From contig CAYPGS010000018.1 in the NCBI GenBank assembly GCA_964410395.1, positions 1 through 64,000 on the forward strand: a stretch of 64,000 nt of DNA. Direction: 5' to 3'. This document shows positions 9,880 through 17,948 of this stretch, piece after piece (position 1 is the stretch's first letter; each line of letters begins with the position of its first letter). A program made the translations under genes and the position numbers. The notes under the pieces are model-generated. The model was not told the origin of the DNA, did no database searches, and saw nothing but the letters and a program-made list of their open reading frames with translations. Source of the DNA: an uncultured bacterium. GTDB lineage: Bacteria; Krumholzibacteriota; Krumholzibacteriia; JACNKJ01.

Positions 9880-10266
9880 TCAGGGAAAGGTAGGCTTTCG
9901 GTCCACCTTTCTTTTTGGCCGCAATGATTTATGCAAGCCGATGGTCTGCTTTCGAACCGAGACAAGAGCTTTTTCAACCTGGTCGACTCGGTCTTGATCC
10001 AGGAAGCAAAGCCTCTCCGCAAGCAGTACAAGGGTCTCAACTTCATTGACCGAACCCATCGCTATGTCGAGAAAGCGTCGAAACTCAGCTTCTGTATCGC
10101 GCCCGGCCCCTTCAGCGATATTCGAGGGAATTGATACTGCTGCTCTACGAATCTGATTTTGCATCCCGAATTTCTCGCTTCTTGGAAGTGCACTGCTAAC
10201 AGAGTAGACAACTTCAACGAGATCCATCGCCCTTTGCCAAACTGTATACTCTTTGTATTTCCTCAC
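9880..10266 (-). CDS. Four-helix-bundle protein (23S rRNA intervening-sequence protein / Avd family)
   Basis: 128 aa. YTVWQRAMDLVEVVYSVSSALPRSEKFGMQNQIRRAAVSIPSNIAEGAGRDTEAEFRRFLDIAMGSVNEVETLVLLAERL is the family signature. GTG start. Confidence 0.85.
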   Translation of the reverse strand: MRKYKEYTVWQRAMDLVEVVYSVSSALPRSEKFGMQNQIRRAAVSIPSNIAEGAGRDTEAEFRRFLDIAMGSVNEVETLVLLAERLCFLDQDRVDQVEKALVSVRKQTIGLHKSLRPKRKVDRKPTFP

Positions 10267-10333
10267 TTAGAGACCCCCCGCTAAGAACCCTTCAAGCTTG
10301 CGCCAGTATTGAACCATCTTTGATTTTGCCTTC

Positions 10334-10364
10334 GTTCTCAGTCCTCAGTCCTCAGTTCACAGTT
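10334..10364 (+). repeat. Right arm of the 31-bp inverted repeat
   Basis: GTTCTCAGTCCTCAGTCCTCAGTTCACAGTT is the reverse complement of 9844..9874. Confidence 0.9.
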
Positions 10365-10368
10365 GTTC

Positions 10369-10405
10369 TTGACACAGCCCAATTGAACTAGTAGACTAGT
10401 TCAAT
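10369..10405 (+). promoter_or_regulatory. Promoter with overlapping palindromic operator of the gntR-SPFH operon
   Basis: -35 TTGACA (10369..10374), 17-nt spacer, -10 TAGACT (10392..10397). The palindrome ATTGAACTAGT-ag-ACTAGTTCAAT (10382..10405) covers the -10. A further ACTAGT lies at 10411. Confidence 0.45.
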
Positions 10406-10433
10406 GTAACACTAGTACGGGAGGCATAAGCCC

Positions 10434-10838
10434 ATGAATCCCAAGGACAGCGCCACCCCTCAGCTCGATACCCGGAGCGGAGTGCCCATCTATCGTCAAA
10501 TCGTCGATTGGGTGAAGTTCCGGGTGGCCGCCGGCTTCCTTGAGCCCGGCGAGCAGTTGCCCACGGTGCGCCAACTTGCTGTGGATCTGGGGGTTAACGC
10601 GAATACCGTCTCCCGCGCCTATCTCGAACTGGAGCGTATGGACCTCGTGAACATGCTCCAGGGCAAGGGCACCTTCGTCGCGGAGAAGGAGGTGCCCATG
10701 GATCAGGTAGTCCGCGGGCTCAAGCTCAAGGAAATCGTCAGTGAGATGCTGTCTCGGGCCAGCGAGTTCGGCTTCAGTCCCGAGGAAGTCATCGACGAGA
10801 TGAACCACCGAATCTCCGTGACCAAGGAGGAATCATGA
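10434..10838 (+). CDS. GntR-family (YtrA-like) transcriptional regulator
   Basis: 134 aa. PIYRQIVDWVKFRVAAGFLEPGEQLPTVRQLAVDLGVNANTVSRAYLELERMDLV is a winged-helix GntR domain. GGGAGG SD. The stop overlaps the next start (ATGA). Confidence 0.85.
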   Translation: MNPKDSATPQLDTRSGVPIYRQIVDWVKFRVAAGFLEPGEQLPTVRQLAVDLGVNANTVSRAYLELERMDLVNMLQGKGTFVAEKEVPMDQVVRGLKLKEIVSEMLSRASEFGFSPEEVIDEMNHRISVTKEES

Positions 10839-11935
10839 ACGTGCCCAAACCCACACTGGACCTGCCCAAGGCCCCCAAGGCACCGGCCATTCGACCGGAT
10901 TTTCGCTTCGGTGCGATCAACTTCCTGATCATGGTCGCGCTGGCCAGCCTGGGCGGAGCGATTCAAAGCTCGCTAGGAGTTCCCGCTGGAACCGTATTGC
11001 CCATCGACCTCACCACCTTCGGCGTCATCGCCGGACTGGTCATGGGCGGCTCCCTCTACCTCTTCCCCAACTGGATGAAGGTCATCGCCCTGGGTGTGGC
11101 CTACTGGCTGGTGATCCACTTCGTCTTCCCGGATATCAACGCCTGGCCGCTCTATGTCGGCGGCTACCTGGGAATCTTCATCTCGTCCTCGGTTCAGATT
11201 GCCAAGCAGTGGGAGAAGGGCGTGGTGCTTCGCCTCGGCAAGTTCCGCGCGCTGAAGGGCCCCGGCAACTTCACCATCTTCCCCCTCATCGATCGGGTGG
11301 ACAAGCTCATCGACCACCGCGTGCGCGTCACCGACTTCCGCGCGGAGACCACGCTGACCCATGACACGGTGCCGGTGAACGTGGACGCCATCGCCTTCTG
11401 GCTGGTCTGGGACGCGAAGATGAGCGTGCTGGAGGTGGAGGACTTCGAGGCCGCGGTGGCCCTGAGCGCGCAGACCGCGCTGCGCGACGCCATCGGCCGT
11501 CACGACCTCGCTCAGCTTCTCAGCGAGCGCGAGCGCCTGGGCACGGAAATCCAGAAGGCCCTGGATCGGAAGACCGATCCCTGGGGCATTACCATTCAGG
11601 CCATCGAGATTCGAGACATCATCATTCCGCCCGGACTCGAGGACGCCATGAGCCGGCAGGCCCAGGCCGAACGCGAACGCCAGAGCCGCGTGATCCTCGG
11701 CACCGCCGAGACGGAGATCGCCGAGAAGTTCGCCAAGGCCAGCGAGTCTTATCGGGACAATCCCGTGGCGCTTCACCTGCGCGCCATGAACATGGTCTTC
11801 GAGGGTCTGAAGCAGAAGGGCAGCATGGTCATCGTGCCGTCCTCGGCCGTGGAGACCATGGGCCTCGGCCACCTCGGCGGCATGACCGCCCTGGGCATGC
11901 AGAAGGGTGGCGAGCTGCCGACGGTTGAGGACTAG
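10835..11935 (+). CDS. SPFH/band-7 (stomatin-like) membrane protein
   Basis: 366 aa. N-terminal TM segments are followed by GVVLRLGKFRALKGPGNFTIFPLIDRV...DPWGITIQAIEIRDIIIPPGLEDAMSRQAQAERERQ. Confidence 0.85.
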   Translation: MNVPKPTLDLPKAPKAPAIRPDFRFGAINFLIMVALASLGGAIQSSLGVPAGTVLPIDLTTFGVIAGLVMGGSLYLFPNWMKVIALGVAYWLVIHFVFPDINAWPLYVGGYLGIFISSSVQIAKQWEKGVVLRLGKFRALKGPGNFTIFPLIDRVDKLIDHRVRVTDFRAETTLTHDTVPVNVDAIAFWLVWDAKMSVLEVEDFEAAVALSAQTALRDAIGRHDLAQLLSERERLGTEIQKALDRKTDPWGITIQAIEIRDIIIPPGLEDAMSRQAQAERERQSRVILGTAETEIAEKFAKASESYRDNPVALHLRAMNMVFEGLKQKGSMVIVPSSAVETMGLGHLGGMTALGMQKGGELPTVED

Positions 11936-11946
11936 AGGTTCCGCCG

Positions 11947-11984
11947 ACACCCTCCCCGGCTTTCGGGGAGGGTGTTTCGTTTCG
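11947..11984 (+). terminator. Rho-independent terminator
   Basis: ACACCCTCCCC-ggctttc-GGGGAGGGTGT followed by TTTCGTTTCG. Confidence 0.7.
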
Positions 11985-12049
11985 CGCCAATAGTTTCCTG
12001 CCATCAGTTCCTTGAAGTAATTCCTCCGCCCCCATATCCTCTAGCGACC

Positions 12050-12937
12050 ATGTCCCAACCCATTTTCCTCATCGACGCCATGGCCTGGATCTTCCGCGCC
12101 TTCTATTCGGAGGACGAGCTCCACGCCCCCGACGGAACGCCCACCAACGCGAGCTTCGGCTTCCTGCACTTCCTGCTGCGATTCCTCTATCGCGAGAAGC
12201 CCGAGCGGGTGGCCGTGGTCTTCGACGCGGGGCCCAAGAGTTTCCGCAACGAGATCTATCCCGACTACAAGGCCAATCGGGGCGAGACGCCGCCAGAACT
12301 CCTGCCCCAGTTCGAACAGTGCGAGCGCATCGTGGACGCCCTCGGACTCGCGCGCTTCAAGGTGGAGAACCACGAGGCCGACGACATCATCGCCACCCTC
12401 GCCACGCAGGCCCGCGCAGAGGGGCTGGAGGTGACCATCCTCTCGGGCGACAAGGACCTGGCCCAACTCGTGGACGAAGGTTGCCGCGTCATCGATCCAT
12501 CGCGCAGCAAGCGTTTCACCGTGCGCACGGTGCCCAAGCACTTCGGCGTCGAGCCGAGGCAGATGGTCGACTATCTGGCCATGTGCGGCGACAGCAGCGA
12601 CAACATCCCGGGCATTCCGGGCGTCGGCCCCAAGACGGCCAGCGCCCTGCTGAACGAACTCGGCAGCCTGGACGGCATCTACGCCAGTCTCGACAAGGTC
12701 GCCGACCTTCCCATACGCGGAGCGAAGAAGCTCGGTGCGAAACTCGAGGAGCATCGGGAACTGGCCGAAACCTGTCGGGAACTCGTCTCATTGCGACGAG
12801 ACATGGACTTGAACGTGAACCTGAACGAACTGGGTTGGAAAGGCGCGAAGCGCGGCGACACCGAATCGCTGTTCGAGCAGCTGGGCTTCCAGCATTCGCT
12901 CACCGCCGTCCCCGCCTTCGCCGACGAGGAGAGTTGA
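12050..12937 (+). CDS. 5'-3' exonuclease / flap endonuclease (Pol I N-terminal-domain type)
   Basis: MSQPIFLIDAMAWIFRAFY...VVFDAGPKSFRNEIYPDYKANR...ENHEADDIIATLA...LSGDKDLAQLV...MCGDSSDNIPGIPGVGPKTA. Start set at ATG 12050 rather than the track's 11972. Confidence 0.85.
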   Translation: MSQPIFLIDAMAWIFRAFYSEDELHAPDGTPTNASFGFLHFLLRFLYREKPERVAVVFDAGPKSFRNEIYPDYKANRGETPPELLPQFEQCERIVDALGLARFKVENHEADDIIATLATQARAEGLEVTILSGDKDLAQLVDEGCRVIDPSRSKRFTVRTVPKHFGVEPRQMVDYLAMCGDSSDNIPGIPGVGPKTASALLNELGSLDGIYASLDKVADLPIRGAKKLGAKLEEHRELAETCRELVSLRRDMDLNVNLNELGWKGAKRGDTESLFEQLGFQHSLTAVPAFADEES

Positions 12938-13851
12938 TGAACTTCGGACTGGCGCTGGGAAGCGGCGGCGCCCGCGGGCTCGCCCATGTGGGAGTGTTGG
13001 AAGTCCTGGAAGAAGAGGGCCTGCGGCCCTGCTGCATCACCGGCACCAGCATGGGGTCCATCGTGGGCGCTCTCTACGCCAAGCACATCGACGCGGACGT
13101 CGTGGACGAGCGGCTTCGCAGCTACTGGGAGAACCCGGACTTCAAGGAAGTTTGGGCGCCCTTCGTCGAGGATGACGAGTTCGACGAGGACAGCAGCTTC
13201 TTCAAGGAATTCCGCCGATCCATCGAGAGGAAGGTCCTCACCTTCAAGACATTCACCTCGCCGGCCCAGCGGGGCTCGGACAAGCTCATGGAGCCCCTGG
13301 CCGAACTGCTGGGCGACACTCGCTTCGAGGAACTCGAGATTCCCTTCGCCTCCATCGCGGTCGACCTCATCAGCGGCGACCACGTGGTCTTCAAGGACGG
13401 GCCCCTCACCGAGGCCATCTACGCCAGCAGCGCCATCCCCGGCGTCTTCCCTCCCATCGCCCACGAGGGCAAGTTGCTCACCGACGGCGGCGGCAGCTAT
13501 CGCGTGCCGGTGAGCGACTGCCGCAACCTGGGTGCCGACTTCGTGCTGGCGGTGGACATCCCCACCTTCGAGAAGGATCTCGCGGGCTTCGACCGCGGCC
13601 TCGACATCGTCATGCGCAGCGACGCCATCGCGCGAAATCGCCTCAACAAGTTCGTGCTCAAGATGGCCGACTTCGTGATCACGCCCCAGGTCGGACAGTT
13701 CCACTGGGCCAACATGAGCGCGGCGCCTGAGATCCGCAAACAGGGCATTCTCGCCGCAAGGGAGGCCCTGCCCGAACTGCGGCGGGCCATGCGGCGGCAC
13801 AAGAGCATCGGTCAGCGATTCCGCCGGGCCATCCTCGGCAAGACCGCATGA
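12937..13851 (+). CDS. Patatin-like phospholipase
   Basis: MNFGLALGSGGARGLAHVGVLEVLEE (oxyanion GGxRG), GTSMG (GxSxG nucleophile), LTDGGG (DG dyad). ATG 12937 overlaps the upstream TGA. The track's 12319 start is an out-of-context Arg-rich extension. Confidence 0.85.
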   Translation: MNFGLALGSGGARGLAHVGVLEVLEEEGLRPCCITGTSMGSIVGALYAKHIDADVVDERLRSYWENPDFKEVWAPFVEDDEFDEDSSFFKEFRRSIERKVLTFKTFTSPAQRGSDKLMEPLAELLGDTRFEELEIPFASIAVDLISGDHVVFKDGPLTEAIYASSAIPGVFPPIAHEGKLLTDGGGSYRVPVSDCRNLGADFVLAVDIPTFEKDLAGFDRGLDIVMRSDAIARNRLNKFVLKMADFVITPQVGQFHWANMSAAPEIRKQGILAAREALPELRRAMRRHKSIGQRFRRAILGKTA

Positions 13852-14414
13852 CGGGCGTTCCGAGAATCGGGTGGAGCGATTTCGCTCGGGCACGCTGCGT
13901 GCCCGGACAGGGCCGCAGCTACTTTCGCGGTACCCACGAGGAACTCGTCGAACTCGTTCGCGAGAACTGGACGAGGCGACGCCCCGGCGCGGGCAGGGAA
14001 GACCTCGACAAGGTCGTACTGGTTACCTGCCCACCCGAGCGATTCGCCTGCGCAACCGTGCTCGTGAAGCGCAACACGCCGCTCTTCGCGCGTCTGGAAA
14101 ACCGGCAGGCCGGCGAGGACGCGCACATCCGCGTGACCGCCGGCGGCGAACCCGAGACCGCTCGCTTCGCCGATGTGGTCCTATATAGCGCGGCGGCGCT
14201 GCAGGAGAACGACGGCGAACGATCGGGCGATTTCGACTGGGAGATCGTGGCCATCGTGGCCGGCCCGGTGGAGGACGAGCCCATGAACCCCCTCACCATG
14301 GCTCGCAACTTTCTCGAGAAACCCGGGGGGACCTTCTGCGAGTACACGGCCCGGGAATTCGCCGAGGCCATCTACTACTGGAGCGGCCGGGCGGGCCAGG
14401 AGCCCGAGGAGTAG
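13848..14414 (+). CDS. Conserved hypothetical protein
   Basis: 188-aa ORF, ATGA-coupled to the patatin gene, with coding-like composition. I cannot assign a family with confidence (possibly a DUF). Confidence 0.55.
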   Translation: MTGVPRIGWSDFARARCVPGQGRSYFRGTHEELVELVRENWTRRRPGAGREDLDKVVLVTCPPERFACATVLVKRNTPLFARLENRQAGEDAHIRVTAGGEPETARFADVVLYSAAALQENDGERSGDFDWEIVAIVAGPVEDEPMNPLTMARNFLEKPGGTFCEYTAREFAEAIYYWSGRAGQEPEE

Positions 14415-14430
14415 TCGGCAGAGGAATGCC

Positions 14431-14817
14431 ATGCGCCCCCAACCCCTGATCGCCGTTCGCGACGTCGAAGTCAGCAGCCGCTGGTACCAGCAACTGCTCG
14501 GCTGCCGATCCGGCCACGGCGGGAGGGAGTACGAGCGCCTGTACTTCGGCGAGGAATTGATCCTTCAGTTGCACCACTGGAATGCCCACGAACATCCCCA
14601 CCTGGGCGACGAGCGGTCGAAGCCCCACGGGAACGGCGTGCTTCTCTGGTTCCAGATCGACGACTTCGATGCCGCCGTCGGCCGAATGATCGAGCTGGAT
14701 GCCGAAATTCTGCACGAGCCGCAGGTCAATCCGCGGGCCAATCATCGCGAGGTCTGGCTGCGCGATCCGGACGGCTATGTGGTGGTTCTTGCCGGCAATG
14801 CGGGTGATCTGGGATAG
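14431..14817 (+). CDS. VOC/glyoxalase-family protein
   Basis: 128 aa. IAVRDVEVSSRWYQQLLG...ILQLHHW...VLLWFQIDDFDAAV...EVWLRDPDGYVVVLAG is the typical betaalphabetabetabeta VOC pattern. Confidence 0.75.
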   Translation: MRPQPLIAVRDVEVSSRWYQQLLGCRSGHGGREYERLYFGEELILQLHHWNAHEHPHLGDERSKPHGNGVLLWFQIDDFDAAVGRMIELDAEILHEPQVNPRANHREVWLRDPDGYVVVLAGNAGDLG

Positions 14818-14890
14818 CTGCCTGGCCCGTTTGACGCGTCCGCCTTCGAGTGGTAAAATCGATGCCTATCACGAAAAGGGAGGCATCGAG

Positions 14891-17761
14891 ATGAGGCAGC
14901 TCGCAATCCTGGTATCGGTCATTCTGCTCGTCGCCGGTGGAACCGTCGCCGGCGAGATCCATCCAGCGCTGGAGGACCGGCTCGCCGAACTCGGCGAGGA
15001 CGACACCATCAAGGCCGTGGTCTTTATGGCCGAGCAGGCCCCCATCGCCGAGTTGAATCTCGAGCTGAAATCGCAGCAGGCCAAACTGCGCGACCGCCAT
15101 CGCGAGGTGGTCGAGGCGCTGAAGGATGCCGCCCGTTCCCAGTCGGACCTACTCGACTACCTCGATGAGCGCGACGGTGTGCGTGGATACACCAGCCACT
15201 GGATCGCCAACCTCATCGTCGTCGTGGCGACTCGCGCCGAGATCGAGGCCATCGCAGCCCGCGACGACGTGCTTCAGGTGGAGCCCGACTTCACACCCGA
15301 ACTCATCGCGCCAACGGGCGAGTTCCTTCCAGGCGGCGATCGCCAGATCGGCGTCACCGAGGGCCTGCGCGCCATCCGCGCGCCCGAGGTCTGGTACGAG
15401 CTAGGCTACAACGGTCTGACCACCCTGGTGGGCAGCTTCGACACGGGCGTGGACGGCAGCCATCCCGCCCTGGCCGAGCGTTGGCGCGGCAACCACGCGC
15501 CCTGGAACGAGTGCTGGCTGGATCAGGTGGACAGCGGCACCGACTATCCCTTGGACCTGGACGGCCATGGCACCCACACCTGCGGCACCATCGCTGGCGT
15601 GGCGCCGGACGATTCCATCGGCGTTGCCTGGGGCGCCGAGTGGATCGCCTGCAACGGCATCGATCAACCCGTGAGCGAGGATTTCGACAACGACGTCTTC
15701 GCCGCCCTCGAATGGTTCACCGATCCCGACGGCGACCCGGGAACCATCGACGACGTGCCCGACGTGGTGCAGAACTCCTGGGGCGTGGGCGAGCACCTGA
15801 GTTACCCGTCCTGCTACGACCTCTGGTGGACCACCATCGACAACTGCGAGGCGGCCGGCGTGGTGACGGTCTGGTCGGCCGGCAACCGCGGCCCCGACTC
15901 CCTGACCATCGGCTCTCCCGCCGATCGGGCGGCGAGTCTGACCAACTGCTTCTCGGTGGGCGCGGTGGACGCCACCAACTTCGACTGGCCCTATCCCATC
16001 ACCGACTTCTCCAGCCGCGGTCCGACGACCTGCGAGGTGGACCCGGGCCTGGAGATCAAGCCCGAGGTGGTCGCGCCCGGCGAGGACGTCTATTCCTCGC
16101 TACCCGGCGGAATCTACGGATACAACAGCGGCACCAGCATGTCCGGACCTCACGTGGCCGGCGTGGCCGCGCTCATGCGCCAGGCCGACCCCAACCTCGA
16201 CGTGGACACCATCAAGCAGATCATCATGGACACGGCCGTGGACCTGGGAGATCCGGGCGAGGAGAACACCTACGGCCACGGCCTCATCGACGCCTACGCG
16301 GCGGTGAGTGCGGTGATCGAGGGCTTCGGAACCGTGGAGGGCAGCGTGGTCAACGCGAGTTGGGGCAGCGTGCCGCTCCCCGGAGCGACGATCGAGCTCG
16401 TGGGCGACGGCTACACCTGGTTCACGGACGAGGCCGGCAATTACAGCGGGCTCGCTGCGCCCGGCGACTACACCCTGCGAGCATCGATGCCGGGCTTCGA
16501 GTCGCAGGAGATTCCCATCACCGTGATCGGCGACCTGGCCATCGAGTTCCACTTCGCGCTCACCGACATCGCCGGGCCCATCATCACCGAAGTGAGCGAA
16601 CCCATCACCCTGCCCGGCGGCGGACTCGCCGATCCCATCACCGCGGACATCCTCGACTACAGTACCGTGGCCTCCGCCACCCTGCACTTCCGACTCAACG
16701 GTGGCGACTGGAACCTGAGCTCCATGGTTCCCCGCAGCGGCATCTATGAAGGACTGCTGCCATCGGTGCCGCCCAACACGGCCATCGACTACTACGTGAG
16801 CGCTCTGGACGGCCTGGGTCAGGAGGGCCTGGCGCCCGACGGCGCTCCCGCCGAGTTCTACACCCTGCTCGCCACCGAGCAGGTCTACGCCTACGACGGC
16901 GAGGATCCGCCCGACTTCCAGTGGCGCCTGGGCATGCCCGGCGACGACGCCACCGGCGGACACTGGGTGCGCGTGGATCCCGTGGGCACCGAGCAGAGCG
17001 GCGCGCCGGTGAATCCCGAGGACGACCACACGCCCGACCCCGGCGTGAAGTGCTTCGTCACGGGCAGCGGCACGCCCGGCGAAAACGCCTTCGCCAACGA
17101 CGTGGACGACGGCTGTACCACCCTGCAGAGCCCGGTCTTCGACATCAGCGAGGCCGACGCCGCCTTCATCAGCTACTGGCGCTGGTTCGCCAACGTGCTG
17201 GTCACCGCCGACGACGAATTCGTGGCCGACATCAGCTCCGACGGCGGCGACACCTGGCTGCCGCTGGAGCGGCAGAGCGTCAACGAGAACTTCTGGAAGA
17301 AGACATTCGTGGACCTGGACGGGCTCATCCCCTTCACCGATCAGGTGGTGGTGCGCTACGTGATCTGCGACTACGGACTGCCATCGCTCCTGGACGCGGC
17401 CGTGGACGACTTCTCCGTGGAGACCTACCGGGCCACCAGCACGGGCGTGGCCGACTGGACGCCGGCCTCGGGACCGGCCCTGAGCCTGGCGGGCAGCCAT
17501 CCCAATCCCTGGCGGCCCGACGGGGGCGAATCGCTAATCGGCTTCAGCCTGAACCGCAAGGCGGAGATCAGCCTGCGCATCTACGACATCTCCGGACGCC
17601 TGGTCCGAAGCCTGGCCCGAGGTGATTTCCCCGCGGGAAGTTACGAGATCTCCTGGGACGGGCGTGACTCGCGGGGCCGCGAGGCCTCCTCGGGCATCTA
17701 CTTCTACCGCCTCCAGGGGGCCGGGCAGGAGCTGAGCAGCCGGATGGTGCTCATCCGCTGA
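14891..17761 (+). CDS. Subtilisin-like serine protease (S8) with FlgD-Ig/T9SS-type CTD
   Basis: Catalytic triad motifs FDTGVDGSHPAL (Asp), HGTHTCGTIAG (His), GTSMSGPHVAGVAAL (Ser). Signal peptide MRQLAILVSVILLVAGGTVAG after a GGGAGG SD. C-terminus is ...GIYFYRLQGAGQELSSRMVLIR. Confidence 0.85.
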   Translation: MRQLAILVSVILLVAGGTVAGEIHPALEDRLAELGEDDTIKAVVFMAEQAPIAELNLELKSQQAKLRDRHREVVEALKDAARSQSDLLDYLDERDGVRGYTSHWIANLIVVVATRAEIEAIAARDDVLQVEPDFTPELIAPTGEFLPGGDRQIGVTEGLRAIRAPEVWYELGYNGLTTLVGSFDTGVDGSHPALAERWRGNHAPWNECWLDQVDSGTDYPLDLDGHGTHTCGTIAGVAPDDSIGVAWGAEWIACNGIDQPVSEDFDNDVFAALEWFTDPDGDPGTIDDVPDVVQNSWGVGEHLSYPSCYDLWWTTIDNCEAAGVVTVWSAGNRGPDSLTIGSPADRAASLTNCFSVGAVDATNFDWPYPITDFSSRGPTTCEVDPGLEIKPEVVAPGEDVYSSLPGGIYGYNSGTSMSGPHVAGVAALMRQADPNLDVDTIKQIIMDTAVDLGDPGEENTYGHGLIDAYAAVSAVIEGFGTVEGSVVNASWGSVPLPGATIELVGDGYTWFTDEAGNYSGLAAPGDYTLRASMPGFESQEIPITVIGDLAIEFHFALTDIAGPIITEVSEPITLPGGGLADPITADILDYSTVASATLHFRLNGGDWNLSSMVPRSGIYEGLLPSVPPNTAIDYYVSALDGLGQEGLAPDGAPAEFYTLLATEQVYAYDGEDPPDFQWRLGMPGDDATGGHWVRVDPVGTEQSGAPVNPEDDHTPDPGVKCFVTGSGTPGENAFANDVDDGCTTLQSPVFDISEADAAFISYWRWFANVLVTADDEFVADISSDGGDTWLPLERQSVNENFWKKTFVDLDGLIPFTDQVVVRYVICDYGLPSLLDAAVDDFSVETYRATSTGVADWTPASGPALSLAGSHPNPWRPDGGESLIGFSLNRKAEISLRIYDISGRLVRSLARGDFPAGSYEISWDGRDSRGREASSGIYFYRLQGAGQELSSRMVLIR

Positions 17762-17948
17762 GGAGGGCCGATCGAGGACCTTCTTAACCCTTGACTTCGC
17801 GCCAGTTAGGGCTTTGATTGCCTGGGTCGCGGAGGGGGGGCGAGGCCGCCCATGCCGGTTGCATTCGGCGGGGGCCTACGCTAGACTGTCCCGGCTTTAT
17901 CATCCCCACCGGCATTTGATCAAAAGAGGCAAGGCGGAGGTGTGCCCG

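Larger units (their letters stand above)
9844..10364. mobile_element. IR-bounded four-helix-bundle gene cassette (IVS-like insertion), putative
   Basis: A 521-bp unit with 31-bp perfect terminal inverted repeats. The interior is visibly AT-richer than the flanks. It carries a single small gene and sits between the ACAD stop and the gntR promoter. Confidence 0.4.

Noticed and set aside
9880-10266. Four-helix-bundle protein as the Avd component of a diversity-generating retroelement
   Set aside because: There is no reverse transcriptase gene and no template/variable repeat pair anywhere in the window. The gene is isolated inside its inverted-repeat cassette.
12319-12936. Long N-terminal extensions suggested by the track (patatin from 12319; protease from 46095; YcaQ-like from 49511; S8 from 14699)
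   Set aside because: The extensions are Arg/Pro-rich, overlap the preceding genes, and lack signal peptides. Internal starts with SD sequences and proper N-termini (signal peptide or family-typical start) exist at 12937, 45765, 49130 and 14891.
12937-13851. Patatin gene as a CBASS-type (CapV-like) defence effector
   Set aside because: No CD-NTase/cyclase, SAVED or other signalling gene is adjacent. The neighbours are a flap endonuclease and a VOC protein.
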